Shown one piece after another: positions 27,361 through 36,380 of a DNA stretch of 64,000 nucleotides. Source of the DNA: a bacterium (lineage in GTDB: Bacteria > SAR324 > XYD2-FULL-50-16). The notes below the pieces were generated by a model that was not told the DNA's origin, searched no databases, and was given only the letters and a program-made list of their open reading frames with translations. Numbering within the stretch: the stretch's first letter is position 1; each line of letters opens with the position of its first letter. The stretch lies in contig JAVVEA010000004.1 of NCBI GenBank assembly GCA_032250835.1, forward strand, positions 160,001 to 224,000, written 5' to 3'. Both the position numbers and the translations under genes were made by a program.

Positions 27361-28710
27361 ATGTTCCTGCCCAAACATGCTGAAATTTTTGAAGAACCTA
27401 GTTGCGATCATAACGCCAAGAAGGAAAAAGCCGGTTGCCCCAAACCCACTCCGGGTAAGGTAGGCGGCGGCTGCACCTTCGACGGTGCCTTCAGCTCGCT
27501 GGTGCCGATTGCCGATGCCGCCCATATCGTTCATGGGCCCATTGGTTGTTCGGGCAACGCTTGGAACAACCGGGGCGCTCAAAGCTCCGGCGACAAGCTC
27601 TACCGGCAGGCCTTCACGACTAGGTTCCTCAACAACGACGTTGTGTTTGGGGGGGAAAAGAAGCTTTATAAGGCGGTCCGGGAGATTATCGAAGAGTATA
27701 ATCCCCCGGCTGTCTTTATCTACCAAACCTGTGTGACCGCGATGATCGGCGACGACATCACCGCGCTCGCTAAGGTGGTAGAGCAAAAGACCGGCGTCCC
27801 GGTGATCACCGTGGAAGCCCCCGGATTTACGGGCAACAAAAACTTGGGCAACCGCCTCAGCGGCGAAGCGATCTTAAAAAAAGTGATCGGCACCCAAGAG
27901 CCTAAGACTCAACACCCTTATAACATCAATCTGATCGGCGAATTTAACATTGCCGGTGAGTTTTGGTATGTCGCACCCTTGCTGGACCAAATGGGCGTAC
28001 GGTTGATCTGTAGCCTCTCGGGCGACGCCCGGTTCCACCAAGTGGCGATGATGCACCGAGCGCAGCTCAACATGATGGTCTGCTCACGCGCTTTGCTTAA
28101 CGTGGCCCGCTCTTTAGAGAAGGATTACCAGATCCCTTGGTTTGAAGGGAGCTTCTACGGAGCCAAGAACACCACGCAAGCGCTGATGACCATTGCCGAA
28201 CATTTCGGCGAGCCTGCCCTGGTGGAAAAGACGAAACAAGTGATTGCCGACGAATATGGCTTGATCGAAGCCGAGTTGGAGCAAATCAAGGCCCGACTCA
28301 AAGGCAAGCGCGCCCTGCTCTACACCGGCGGCGTCAAGAGCTGGTCTTTAGTCGGCGCAATCCAAGAATTGGGGATGGAAGTGGTCGCCACAGGCGCCAA
28401 GAAGTCCACCGAAGAAGACAAACAGCGCATCCGCGAATTGATGGGCGAAGACGCCACGATGATTGAAGATGGCTCGGCCAAGGCGCTGCTAGACCTTTAC
28501 CATGACCGCGACGCCCATGTTTTGATGGCTGGCGGACGCAACCAATACACGGCGGTCAAAGGGAAGATCCCCTTTGTGCACGTCAACCAAGAACGCCACA
28601 CCGCCTTTGCCGGGTATCAAGGGTTCTTGAATTTAGCCCGGCAGTTGGACAAGGCGATCAACAGCCCGGCCTTCGCGCTGGCCAAAGCCCCTTTCCCAGC
28701 AGTCAGCTAG
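27361..28710 (+). CDS. nifE: FeMo-co scaffold subunit NifE
   Basis: GGCTFDGA, HGPIGC, TCVTAMIGDD, YTGGVKSWS, NQERH. Confidence 0.97.
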   Translation: MFLPKHAEIFEEPSCDHNAKKEKAGCPKPTPGKVGGGCTFDGAFSSLVPIADAAHIVHGPIGCSGNAWNNRGAQSSGDKLYRQAFTTRFLNNDVVFGGEKKLYKAVREIIEEYNPPAVFIYQTCVTAMIGDDITALAKVVEQKTGVPVITVEAPGFTGNKNLGNRLSGEAILKKVIGTQEPKTQHPYNINLIGEFNIAGEFWYVAPLLDQMGVRLICSLSGDARFHQVAMMHRAQLNMMVCSRALLNVARSLEKDYQIPWFEGSFYGAKNTTQALMTIAEHFGEPALVEKTKQVIADEYGLIEAELEQIKARLKGKRALLYTGGVKSWSLVGAIQELGMEVVATGAKKSTEEDKQRIRELMGEDATMIEDGSAKALLDLYHDRDAHVLMAGGRNQYTAVKGKIPFVHVNQERHTAFAGYQGFLNLARQLDKAINSPAFALAKAPFPAVS

Positions 28711-28755
28711 GATCGGATTTTCAAGCAAAACCTTTTACATGCCCAAGGTTTCGCC

Positions 28756-30039
28756 ATGAGTAAAAATCGCATCACCAACCCCTTGCGGCTATCGCAGCCT
28801 GCTGGGGCGGCCTTGGCCTTTATGGGGGTCAAGGGAACCGTGCCTTTGTGGCACGGCGTCCAAGGCTGTACAGCCTTCGGAAAAATTCTGTTCATCTCCC
28901 ACTACCGCGAACCGTTGCCCTTCCAGACCACCGCCTTAAGCCAGGCCAACGTGGTGATGGGCTCGGACGGGAACTTCTTTGAAGCGGTGGAAAACCTTAA
29001 AGACAGCTGCGAGCTGATCGGCGTCTTCACCACCGGCGTGGCGGAGACCTCGGGCGTTGACTTGCCCCGGCTGATCAAAGAAGTGGAGGCTAAGAAGCTG
29101 GGTGTTGAAGTCGTTGGCGTTAGCACGCCGGATTTTGAGGGCACCTTAGAGACGGGCTACGTAAAAGCTTGCCAAGCGATGCTGGACCACTTCACCCAGC
29201 CCAACCTACCCAAACGCAGCGGCGAAGTGGGTCTCTTTTTGGGGCCTTACATCCAGCCCGGCGAGGTGGAGGAGCTGCGCAAGATCGTTGAAGACTTCGG
29301 GCTCTGCCCGCGCATTTTCCCGGATTTGGGCGACAGCCTTTTGGGCTATTTGATGCCCCAGGACCATGCTTCTTCGACCATCGGCGGGACCAGCTTAAAG
29401 ACCTTAAGCGAGTTGAGCGGCTTGGAACTGCTGGTTTCGGTGGGATCTTCGATGAAAGAAGTGGCCGCCCAGTTTGGCGAAGCCCAGGGAATCGAGACCT
29501 ACCATTACGACAGCCTGATTGAGCTGAGCGAGATCGACCATTTTATGGGCCTCTTGATGCGCCAGACCGGCAAAGAACTGCCCCGGCGTTACCTAAAGGA
29601 GCGCCGTCATTTGCAGGACACCTTGCTGGATGTAGAGGTCTATTACTACGACAAGAAGGTGGGGCTCTTGGGCGACCCAGAGATGATCACCCGCTTCAAG
29701 AAGCCTTTGGAATCCATGGGCATCTCGACCTTCGCGATCAGCCCGATCAAAACCGATGACTACCCCGAAGGGGACCTAGAAGGCGCTTTGCGCCTGCTTC
29801 CCGTCGAGCGGCCCGATCTGCTTTTGGGCAACAGCCATGTGGCCCATCTGGCCGAAGATGAAGGACTAGAGGCGATCCGCGCGGGCATTCCCGTTGAAGA
29901 CCGGATCGGTGGCCATACCTGGATCAGGTTGGGTTACCGTGGCGCGGCGGCCTTTTATATGGAAGTAGCAAACCAACTGATGGTTGCCGACAAGGGAGTC
30001 ACTCCCTATGTCTCGACCCTACAGGCAACCTTGATTTAA
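28756..30039 (+). CDS. nifN: FeMo-co scaffold subunit NifN
   Basis: NPLRLSQPAGAALAF.G, HG.QGCTAF, HYREP.P.QTTA, GDLE, GNSH. Confidence 0.95.
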   Translation: MSKNRITNPLRLSQPAGAALAFMGVKGTVPLWHGVQGCTAFGKILFISHYREPLPFQTTALSQANVVMGSDGNFFEAVENLKDSCELIGVFTTGVAETSGVDLPRLIKEVEAKKLGVEVVGVSTPDFEGTLETGYVKACQAMLDHFTQPNLPKRSGEVGLFLGPYIQPGEVEELRKIVEDFGLCPRIFPDLGDSLLGYLMPQDHASSTIGGTSLKTLSELSGLELLVSVGSSMKEVAAQFGEAQGIETYHYDSLIELSEIDHFMGLLMRQTGKELPRRYLKERRHLQDTLLDVEVYYYDKKVGLLGDPEMITRFKKPLESMGISTFAISPIKTDDYPEGDLEGALRLLPVERPDLLLGNSHVAHLAEDEGLEAIRAGIPVEDRIGGHTWIRLGYRGAAAFYMEVANQLMVADKGVTPYVSTLQATLI

Positions 30040-30051
30040 CGGAGCAGAACC

Positions 30052-30528
30052 ATGAAAGTGCAATCCCAAATCACTAGCCCCGGCATTGTCGATGGGGCCC
30101 TTCGCATTGCCTTCGCTTCCACCGACGGAGCCAAGGTCAACCAGCATTTTGGCAAGGGCATGGAGTTTTGGCTCTTCGACGTTTCCAAGGAAGGCTTCAA
30201 AAAATCCGGCAAGATCACCTTCACGCCCGATGAAGACGACGACGCCGAACATGTAGAGAAGAATTTTGTTAAAGCCGATGCGCTCGCCGATTGCCATATC
30301 GTCTATTCCTTGGCGATTGGTGGCCCGGTGGCCGCTAAATTGACCCAACGCAAGATCCAACCTTTGGTGGTCAAAGAGGAAGACCGGATCGAGGCGCTGT
30401 TAGGGCAGTTTAAAGATATGTTGGGCTCGGCCAAGGTGCCACCCTGGATTGCTAAGATGGTAAACGCAGAGACCGACCTCAGTCGGTTCGATGCCTATGA
30501 CGAAGACGACGACGATGAGGAGGAATAA
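30052..30528 (+). CDS. nifX: NifX
   Basis: LRIAFASTD...VNQHFG, AIGGP.AAKL, PPW. Confidence 0.92.
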   Translation: MKVQSQITSPGIVDGALRIAFASTDGAKVNQHFGKGMEFWLFDVSKEGFKKSGKITFTPDEDDDAEHVEKNFVKADALADCHIVYSLAIGGPVAAKLTQRKIQPLVVKEEDRIEALLGQFKDMLGSAKVPPWIAKMVNAETDLSRFDAYDEDDDDEEE

Positions 30529-30531
30529 ACC

Positions 30532-30825
30532 ATGAGTGATGTATTAGCGGTAAGAAAAAACGGGGAATCTTATATCCCTGAATATGTATCCAGCCTCAAC
30601 GCCGATGAATGCATCGGTTGTGGTCGGTGCTTTAAGGTCTGCGGTCAAGGGGTCTTTGACCTCGTGGACCGTGCCGACTTGGCTACCGATGACGACGATG
30701 ATGACTATGAAGACGAAGGAACCATGGTGATGACCTTGGCCAACGATGGCAACTGCATCGGCTGCAAAGCTTGCGGCCGGGTTTGCCCTAAAGGATGTCA
30801 TGCCTTTGCCGCACAAGCGGCTTAA
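30532..30825 (+). CDS. fdxB: nif-specific ferredoxin III (2[4Fe-4S])
   Basis: CIGCGRCFKVC, acidic insert, CIGCKACGRVCP. Confidence 0.88.
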   Translation: MSDVLAVRKNGESYIPEYVSSLNADECIGCGRCFKVCGQGVFDLVDRADLATDDDDDDYEDEGTMVMTLANDGNCIGCKACGRVCPKGCHAFAAQAA

Positions 30826-31714
30826 GCCGAGCGGGAATCCCGTTCGTGACCGCGCCTTGGCGGCCTATTTGGGGGTGGCGTTGGGCGATGCGCTGGGGGC
30901 GACCACGGAATTCCTGCGCCCTGCGGAAATTGAGTCCCGCTATGGCAAACACCAGGACTTGACCGGCGGGGGGTGGTTACACCTCAAGCCCGGCCAAGTG
31001 ACCGACGACACCCAGATGAATCTGGCGGTCGGTTGGGCGATGGTCGAAGCCAAAACCATGGATGCTGTGGCGGTGGGTGAGAAGTTATTGGGCTGGATGA
31101 GCAGCAAGCCCGCCGATATTGGCTCGACCGTGCGTCAGGGGCTGCACCACTTCCGCCGGACCGGCGAAACGGAGGCACCGCACTCTGAATACCACGCCGG
31201 CAACGGAGCGGCGATGCGGATCTTGCCGGTGATTTTGGCCTGTTTGAATCGACCGGACGATTTAGAACCTTGGTTGGTCACCCAGGGGCACCTGACCCAC
31301 AACCACCCGGAGTCTGACTTTGGGATGGCCATGTTGGGCCAGTTGAGCCGTGCGGCGATCTTGCAAGGCCAGGGGGCTCCCTTGGACAGTATCATGATGG
31401 CATGGGTTGAAAAGAATCCTAAGTTCGACCCCAAAAAGTTCAAGCGGTCCATCGACGGGTATATCGTCAACAGCATGCGCACGGCGCTCTATTACTTTAA
31501 GACCACCCGGGACTTTGAAGAATGTATGGTGGCTATCGCCAATGCCGGAGGGGATACGGACACCAATGCCACCTTGGCGGCGATGGTTGCGGCTCCCTTT
31601 TATGGGCTTGAATCCCTACCGCCCCGGTGGCTGAAGAAATTGGACAAGGCAGTGCAAACAGAGATAACTGACCAAGTAGAGCAACTGTTTGCCGTCTTTA
31701 ACCCAGAAGCTTGA
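30800..31714 (+). CDS. draG: ADP-ribosyl-[dinitrogen reductase] glycohydrolase
   Basis: RALAAYLG.A.GDALGATTEF, GGGWLHLKPGQVTDDT, GNGAAMR, GGDTDT. Confidence 0.92.
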   Translation: MPLPHKRLKPSGNPVRDRALAAYLGVALGDALGATTEFLRPAEIESRYGKHQDLTGGGWLHLKPGQVTDDTQMNLAVGWAMVEAKTMDAVAVGEKLLGWMSSKPADIGSTVRQGLHHFRRTGETEAPHSEYHAGNGAAMRILPVILACLNRPDDLEPWLVTQGHLTHNHPESDFGMAMLGQLSRAAILQGQGAPLDSIMMAWVEKNPKFDPKKFKRSIDGYIVNSMRTALYYFKTTRDFEECMVAIANAGGDTDTNATLAAMVAAPFYGLESLPPRWLKKLDKAVQTEITDQVEQLFAVFNPEA

Positions 31715-31723
31715 AGAGGAAAG

Positions 31724-32338
31724 ATGAACCATGCCCCAACCGAAAACCTAGCCCTGAACTTAGGCTACGATCGCGAGGAAAACTTGCGGCAGCTAACTCA
31801 GGTGATGAATGAGCGCCCCGAAGCTCCCTATTTGGCCCAGTTGATGGCCAGTTGGGCCGCCGGGGTAGGTGTCCTGCCCGACGGAATGGGCCTGCGTGAG
31901 TCTGAGTTTAAAGACTTTACGCGCTTTTATTTTGGCACCGACGCGGTGGAATATAAGTCCGTCAGTGGCAGGGTCTTTGACGCGGACCGCATGCCCGAAA
32001 CCGAAGACCTGCGGATACTGCTCAACCGGCACCGCAAAGGGGAGCAAGAGGCAGAGGCCTGGGTGGCCGAAGTCTTGATCTCTGGGATGTTGGGATATGA
32101 CCACCTGTGGGAAGATATGGGGTATTGGTCGCGCAAAGAACTGAGCGCGACGATCCAAGAGGTTTTTCCGGCGTTGTTTGAAAAAAACGACCAGAATATG
32201 CGCTGGAAGAAGTTCATTTACAAGCAGCTCTGCATCCAAGAAGAGTTTGTTTACACCTGCCGTGCGCCCTCTTGCGCGGAATGTGTGGATTACTCGGAAT
32301 GCTTTGCTATTGAAGAAATCAACCAAGTGAAGGATTGA
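31724..32338 (+). CDS. nifQ: NifQ
   Basis: DHLWEDMG, NMRWKKFIYKQLC, CRAPSCAEC..YSECF. Confidence 0.93.
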   Translation: MNHAPTENLALNLGYDREENLRQLTQVMNERPEAPYLAQLMASWAAGVGVLPDGMGLRESEFKDFTRFYFGTDAVEYKSVSGRVFDADRMPETEDLRILLNRHRKGEQEAEAWVAEVLISGMLGYDHLWEDMGYWSRKELSATIQEVFPALFEKNDQNMRWKKFIYKQLCIQEEFVYTCRAPSCAECVDYSECFAIEEINQVKD

Positions 32339-32339
32339 G

Positions 32340-32918
32340 ATGAATAAACAGGCCGACAGCTTATCCATGAGCGCGCAAAAATGTATGGAACGCCGCAAGA
32401 AGGAATACCCTCCCTTTGTGATCGACCTGCGCAGTGCTGATGAATATCGCGCTGGGCATATTGCCGGGTCGCGGTTGATTCCCGCCGAGAAGCTCGAAAG
32501 CCGTTTAGACCAATTGCCGCCCAATACGGCGGTGATTGTATATGACCAAGAGGGTGGCGAGAGCAGCCAAAAGGCGGCCCAAGCACTCAAAGACTTTGGC
32601 GTGCGCAAAGCCTTTTTTATTGAAGGCGGCTATGAGAGCTTCAGCGCCGCAGTAGATGCCTCGGATGATAAAATCGAAAAGTTCCCGGTAGATCAGTGGG
32701 TCACTGAGATCGAGAAGCTTTTTGAAGGAACCCTCAAGCCGATGCTGCAAGAACACGGCGGCGGGATCACCGTCAAGTCGGCCGCACCGGGCGACTTGAA
32801 GCTTCAGTACATGGGCAGCTGTGCTACCTGCGAAGACAGCATCAACGGCACCTTGAAGCTGATCCACGCTCAGTTGCAGGGTTATTTTAACCACGAGTTT
32901 AAGATCAGCCTCGTCTGA
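32340..32918 (+). CDS. Rhodanese-like domain fused to NifU C-terminal (Nfu) domain
   Basis: IDLRSADEYRAGHIAGS...IEGG; P.LQEHGGGI...YMGSCATC. Confidence 0.82.
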   Translation: MNKQADSLSMSAQKCMERRKKEYPPFVIDLRSADEYRAGHIAGSRLIPAEKLESRLDQLPPNTAVIVYDQEGGESSQKAAQALKDFGVRKAFFIEGGYESFSAAVDASDDKIEKFPVDQWVTEIEKLFEGTLKPMLQEHGGGITVKSAAPGDLKLQYMGSCATCEDSINGTLKLIHAQLQGYFNHEFKISLV

Positions 32919-32927
32919 TCTCCCGCT

Positions 32928-33138
32928 TGGTTCGGTAAGCGGCTTCCAGGCTTTGGGCATGGGGCCGGCGGTTGCTTACCGAACCATCGAAAGCCCTTCG
33001 GGGCTTGTTCGGCAGGCTGTCTGCAGACTTTGGGCATGGGGTCGCAGAGAGCTTGCTGGACCTAGGTCAGCCCTTCGGGGCCTGTTCGGTAGGCCGTCTC
33101 CAGGCTTTGGGCATGGGGTCGGAGAGGGCCTACCGGAC
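32928..33138 (+). repeat. Three tandem 77-bp stem-loop repeats joined by cUUCGg hairpins
   Basis: Invariant ctttgggcatgggg at 32951, 33028, 33105; each unit has self-complementary arms. Confidence 0.88.
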
Positions 33139-33143
33139 TACTC

Positions 33144-33177
33144 AAAAAAAAGGGCACCGTAAGGTGCCCTTTTTTTT
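33144..33177. terminator. Bidirectional intrinsic terminator
   Basis: A8-GGGCACC-gtaa-GGTGCCC-T8. Confidence 0.9.
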
Positions 33178-33430
33178 GCTTTGAAGCTGAGGCAATGCAG
33201 GGCTAGTCCGGTCTGCATGGGCGAAATGCCAACCCCCGGCCGTCGTTTGGAAAGTCCGCTCCCTAGCCTCAGGCCTGCGCTAGGTTGGATTGTGCCCGAA
33301 GCTCGGCATTGGGGGGCTGGGTTTTTGGCTGAATCGACCGGAACCCTGGCTTAGCGAGCCCGACCCACTAGCTTGGTCGAGCCCTTTACTGGTAAAGCAA
33401 TGGGGCCGTAGCGGAACAAAAAGGCACCTT

Positions 33431-35119
33431 TTAGAGTTTCCAGCTGAGCAAGGATTCTTTGAGCTGCCTTATCAAACGCCCCAGTTGCCCCGCTTCTGAG
33501 GCCCGGTTCAGGTAGGCCCGCAACATCGCCGAGAGGATAGCCAACACCAAAGCCACCACCAGGAACAGCGCCAAGATCTTCTTGGACAAGATGATGGGCT
33601 TGAAGTCGTCGTAGGTCAACTGCTTCGCTTCGCCCGGGGTCTCAAAGTTACGCTTGAAGTTGAGGCGGTACGTAACTTCGATGGTGTCTAAACTAGGCGA
33701 TTTGACTAAGTCAAAGGGCGCAAAAAGCAAGTTGTCGTATAGTTGGTATAATTCCTCTAGCCGGACTAAGTCTTCAAGCCAAAAATCCAGGCGTTCGTGG
33801 AAGCTGTAGTCGATCACCGCATCTTCGGTTTTGGCGGGTTGTTGTTCGGCACTGACCTCGACCCACTCGCCAGTCGTATAGTTGGCCATCAAGGCGCGGT
33901 GTCGCAAAACGCCCTCAAGCCGAGAAAAGAGCATCTCCGCGCTGTAGCCCCACTGGGAACGCTCGGATTCGAGTTGGAAGGCCACTTGGGCCTGTTGGGT
34001 CGATACCGCCCTTTGTTGTTTTAAAGCGGCGTCGTCGAGCGCTTCGGCCTGTTCCAGGGCCTTGATTTGGGCTTTGGACTCTTCTAATTGCCGTAATTGC
34101 TGGGTATAGCGTTGGTTTAGGGCAAAGAACTTTTGATAGACCTCCAGTGCCTTGTCGCCCAGTAGCCCGCCCTGCCGCTTGAGCCGGGCGATCTGGCCGG
34201 TAACTTGGCTGGCCTGGTTGCCCAATTCACTGCTCTTGGTGAATTTTAGCAACCGCCAACGCTCGCCAGCGTTGCGTTTCGGTGCTTGCTGCTTGGCACT
34301 ATTGCTGGCCGCTACCGCTACATGGCGCAGCTCCATCAGGTAATTTTGGCCCTGGAATTCCAGGAAAAAACGCTCTACTCCGTTGGAACTGCTAAAGTAG
34401 ATGGGGCCTGCCATGGAGATTTGCGCGAGCCGGTGCTCTGCGGCGTCGTTGATCTCGGCCTGCACCTCGGCGGCCAGTTTTCGGTATTGTTGCTGGTTCA
34501 GTTGCGCGTTGTAGGCCCGGTAAAACTGGTCGAACTCTTGCAACGCTTCGTGGGTGGCCCGAGGGCTGTTGGTGCGGACCAGCACCTTAGTGCCCAGGAG
34601 GCAGCCGTTACAGGAATCGAATTTGACGTAGTCCGCCCCATCAAATATCTGGCCTAATTGTTCGGCCGAGGCGTTGCGCGGAATGGGGAAGTGCTTTTCG
34701 AGCAGCTCGCGGGCCTCAAACAAAGACTGAGGCCGCATCAAGCGCTGGTCTGGGAAAAAGCTGTGGGGGTAGAAACTCTGCATTTGGATCGTGTCTTTGA
34801 TCACTTGATCCTGATCCTTTTGGATCATGGCAGGTGTCACTGGGGCCCGGTGGAAGACCGGCGGGCGTTGGTAGTGGTAGACTACGTGGTCGGTGTAGAG
34901 TGTTTCCCCGTAACGTAGCGAAACGAAGATACCCAGCGCCACACCCAGAGCCGTAATGATCAGCACCTGCCACTTGTACCGCAGCGTCGGCATGACCACG
35001 TCCACCACCTGGATCTCCTTCTCTGCCAGTTTAGGGTGGGGGACCATGTAGACCGTCGGACGGGTCTCGCTGGTGGCGGTGCTTTCGGGAGAGGGCTTGG
35101 TTAAGTCGGTTTCGCTCAT
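33431..35119 (-). CDS. Membrane protein with Wzz/Wzc-like topology
   Basis: N- and C-terminal TM helices flanking a coiled-coil region; family assignment uncertain. Confidence 0.55.
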   Translation of the reverse strand: MSETDLTKPSPESTATSETRPTVYMVPHPKLAEKEIQVVDVVMPTLRYKWQVLIITALGVALGIFVSLRYGETLYTDHVVYHYQRPPVFHRAPVTPAMIQKDQDQVIKDTIQMQSFYPHSFFPDQRLMRPQSLFEARELLEKHFPIPRNASAEQLGQIFDGADYVKFDSCNGCLLGTKVLVRTNSPRATHEALQEFDQFYRAYNAQLNQQQYRKLAAEVQAEINDAAEHRLAQISMAGPIYFSSSNGVERFFLEFQGQNYLMELRHVAVAASNSAKQQAPKRNAGERWRLLKFTKSSELGNQASQVTGQIARLKRQGGLLGDKALEVYQKFFALNQRYTQQLRQLEESKAQIKALEQAEALDDAALKQQRAVSTQQAQVAFQLESERSQWGYSAEMLFSRLEGVLRHRALMANYTTGEWVEVSAEQQPAKTEDAVIDYSFHERLDFWLEDLVRLEELYQLYDNLLFAPFDLVKSPSLDTIEVTYRLNFKRNFETPGEAKQLTYDDFKPIILSKKILALFLVVALVLAILSAMLRAYLNRASEAGQLGRLIRQLKESLLSWKL

Positions 35120-35179
35120 GGGGCCAAAAATATAGGGTTTGTGCCACTTTAGGCGAATTGCTGCTCGAAGGCAAGTGCC

Positions 35180-35719
35180 CTAGAGAGGCTGGTAGTGCAT
35201 CTCGACCAGCCCGCTGGGGTAGGCCTTGCTGTCGATCAGCTGCCAATCAAAGTGGCCCTGATAAGCTCCGAATAAAGGGGTGCCTGCCCCTAAGGTCACC
35301 GGGGCCACAAAGAGCCGCAACCGGTCGATTAAGCGGGCCTCTAGCAACGCTCCGGCCAGTTGACCACCGCCGACCAGCCAGATAGGCCGGTCTTCCCAGC
35401 GCTTGAGTTGCTGGCAATAGTCCACCGGATCGGTGTGGACCAATTGTCCTTGGGCGGGGGCCTTTAGGCTTTGGCTGGTGAAGATGTAACTGCGGTGCTC
35501 CGGGTAGGGATAGTCCCCTTGGCCTTGGATAAACTGGTAGGTGTTGGCCCCCATGATCACCGCCTCGGTATCTTCCAACAGGCGGTGGTAACCGTAGTCT
35601 TCGGCCCCTTCTTCGGTATCGCTTGGGTCTCCGAAGCGGTCCAAGAAAGCGACCGACTTTTGGGCGTCGGTAATGTAGCCGTCGAGGCTGGCGGCGACGT
35701 AGTAGATGATCTCGCTCAT
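35180..35719 (-). CDS. Dihydrofolate reductase/RibD C-terminal family protein
   Basis: YVAASLDGYI, IMGANTY, IWLVGGG, P..LGAG.PLF. Confidence 0.88.
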   Translation of the reverse strand: MSEIIYYVAASLDGYITDAQKSVAFLDRFGDPSDTEEGAEDYGYHRLLEDTEAVIMGANTYQFIQGQGDYPYPEHRSYIFTSQSLKAPAQGQLVHTDPVDYCQQLKRWEDRPIWLVGGGQLAGALLEARLIDRLRLFVAPVTLGAGTPLFGAYQGHFDWQLIDSKAYPSGLVEMHYQPL

Positions 35720-36291
35720 GGCTCCTTTAGGCCGGGGTTTAGTAGTTGAGTGAGGCCCTGCTGCAGGGCCTGTTCGTCGGCATCGGCCAGGAATTCATAG
35801 GTCAGCCCCAACAGCGCCCATCTAAGGCGCAAAAAGTCGCCAGGCTGCTGAAAGAGCGGGCCTATCAGCTGGAATTCGCGGTCCATCTGAGCCTGGGCCT
35901 GGGCTTTTTGTTGGGCCAGCAACTGGGCTACTTCGGGCGTTTCGCTGAACAATAATCCGACCAGTAACCGCATAGCGGCGCGGTTGTTGGCCACCAACTC
36001 ACCGGTTTGCAGGACCCAGGCGGCTAAACGTTGCTCTGGAGGGACCGCCGCTAAGGGCTCAAGCATCTCACGGAACCTCTGTTGCTGGGTCTCTAAGAGC
36101 GAGGCTAAGATGCTTAGTTTAGCTGGAAAATAGTGGTAGGCCAAGCCCTTGGAAATACCTGCCCGCTCTGCGATGGCGGCCATGCTGGTGGCTTGGTAGC
36201 CCTGGCGGCCAAATAGGTCCACTGCGGCATTGAGGATCGCCTCAATGGAGCTTTGTCTCAAGGCCTGATTTTGTGCGGAACTTCTAGCCAT
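35716..36291 (-). CDS. TetR/AcrR regulator
   Basis: ILNAAVDLF..QGYQATSMAAIAERAGISKGLAYHYF. Confidence 0.92.
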   Translation of the reverse strand: MARSSAQNQALRQSSIEAILNAAVDLFGRQGYQATSMAAIAERAGISKGLAYHYFPAKLSILASLLETQQQRFREMLEPLAAVPPEQRLAAWVLQTGELVANNRAAMRLLVGLLFSETPEVAQLLAQQKAQAQAQMDREFQLIGPLFQQPGDFLRLRWALLGLTYEFLADADEQALQQGLTQLLNPGLKEP

Positions 36292-36308
36292 AGTTCAGGG
36301 TTTAATAA

Positions 36309-36326
36309 ATTGACCAATCGGTCAAT
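36309..36326. promoter_or_regulatory. Probable TetR operator
   Basis: Palindrome ATTGACC-aatc-GGTCAAT just upstream of the TetR start. Confidence 0.65.
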
Positions 36327-36336
36327 ATGAAACCCC

Positions 36337-36363
36337 AAAAAAAGGCGTCCGGAGACGCCCTTT
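36337..36363 (-). terminator. Intrinsic terminator after fliM
   Basis: GGCGTC-cgga-GACGCC stem with A7 on the + strand (U-run on -). Confidence 0.7.
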
Positions 36364-36380
36364 CAGGACCAACTACCTGG

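Noticed and set aside
32928-33138. CRISPR array
   Set aside because: The sequence between the conserved 14-mers is itself repeated and self-complementary; there are no unique spacers and no cas genes in the window
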